From: Candidatus Bathyarchaeota archaeon
GTDB lineage: Archaea > Thermoproteota > Bathyarchaeia > Bathyarchaeales > Bathycorpusculaceae
DNA: 52,329 bases
Assembly: GCA_963811105.1 (NCBI GenBank)
Contig: CAWEPZ010000012.1
Span: forward strand, 1 to 52,329
Reading direction: 5' to 3'
Under the pieces are notes generated by a model. The model did no database searches. It was given only the letters and a program-made list of their open reading frames with translations, and had not been told where the DNA came from. The position numbers and the translations under genes were made by a program. Positions within the stretch are counted from its first letter, which is position 1. Every line of letters starts with the position of its first letter. Of this stretch, positions 51,938-52,329 are shown piece by piece.

Positions 51938-52329
51938 ATGCCCGGACAAGATTCAGGTTTTAGGGGAGTCAGCCTCAAAAACGGGCTCGTAGATGAAGTA
52001 GAAAAATTCGTCAAAGAACACCACGAATACAAAAACACAGCTGACTTCATCCATGAAGCAGTGCGAGTCCGCATAGAAGAACTACGAAGGGCAGAATCAA
52101 ACAAAAAATCACTACCACGTTTTGAACATTTTAACATGGGAGCAAACGGCGTTAGAATAACTGATAGAAAAATCAAGCTCATCGCCGACATCTATTTTAA
52201 GCCACAAGGAATTTTCTGTGACCTAGATAAAGCTGATGACTGTGAACATATTGACTTTGCATTAACCGTTCCTGAAATTAGAGATATAATCAGGAAACAC
52301 AAAAAAGAAGGCTGGAAACTTCCCGATGT
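51938..52329 (+). CDS. RHH repressor with C-terminal Cys/His domain (runs off the window)
   Basis: Manual translation MPGQDSGFRGVSLKNGLVDEVEKFV...ADFIHEAVRVRIEE...IFCDLDKADDCEHIDF; missing from the ORF track because there is no stop. Confidence 0.8.
   Translation, partial: MPGQDSGFRGVSLKNGLVDEVEKFVKEHHEYKNTADFIHEAVRVRIEELRRAESNKKSLPRFEHFNMGANGVRITDRKIKLIADIYFKPQGIFCDLDKADDCEHIDFALTVPEIRDIIRKHKKEGWKLPD

Larger units (their letters stand above)
9652..52329 (-). mobile_element. Integrated siphovirus-like archaeal tailed virus (Caudoviricetes); ends not defined, continues beyond the window
   Basis: Colinear minus-strand TerL, portal, protease, HK97 MCP, neck, tail tube, chaperone, TMP, tail tip and fibre genes; early genes and repressor pair at right; no sheath gene. 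Confidence 0.9.

Noticed and set aside
51853-52191. Minus-strand 112-aa ORF
   Set aside because: Shadow of the plus-strand RHH repressor starting at 51938.

Overview
Archaeal DNA. The host is most likely Bathyarchaeia, inferred from GGAGG/GAGGTGA ribosome-binding sites, BRE-TATA promoters, PEF-CTERM surface proteins and RHH/wHTH regulators. Most of the window (~9.6 kb to the right edge) is a siphovirus-like Caudoviricetes provirus on the minus strand. In transcription order it has a divergent RHH repressor pair, early genes (ParB-like proteins, a minimal PolX), a ParB / ABC-ATPase-GNAT / TerS locus, TerL, portal, MuF-like protein, prohead protease/scaffold, decoration protein, HK97-fold MCP, neck, tail tube, a chaperone with a -1 slippery site, tape measure, tail tip and fibre proteins, and holin-like genes. 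No integrase, att site, tRNA, CRISPR array or reverse transcriptase is visible. Two islands of secreted or membrane-anchored protein genes are present: ~3.9-9.6 kb, and ~31.9-41.9 kb, the second lying between TerS and TerL. The islands share paralogous families. They are punctuated by a recurrent 8-4-8 palindrome (TAGTCAAG-N4-CTTGACTA consensus, at least 13 copies) at gene ends and directly before promoters, plus other dispersed boundary motifs. This looks like an undescribed cassette-like or co-regulated system for surface-protein genes. The left end holds a PD-(D/E)xK-like gene and a wHTH / Panacea-like / MazF toxin-antitoxin operon. Many genes are broken by single-base frameshifts, probably sequencing indels, so coordinates of joined genes are approximate.
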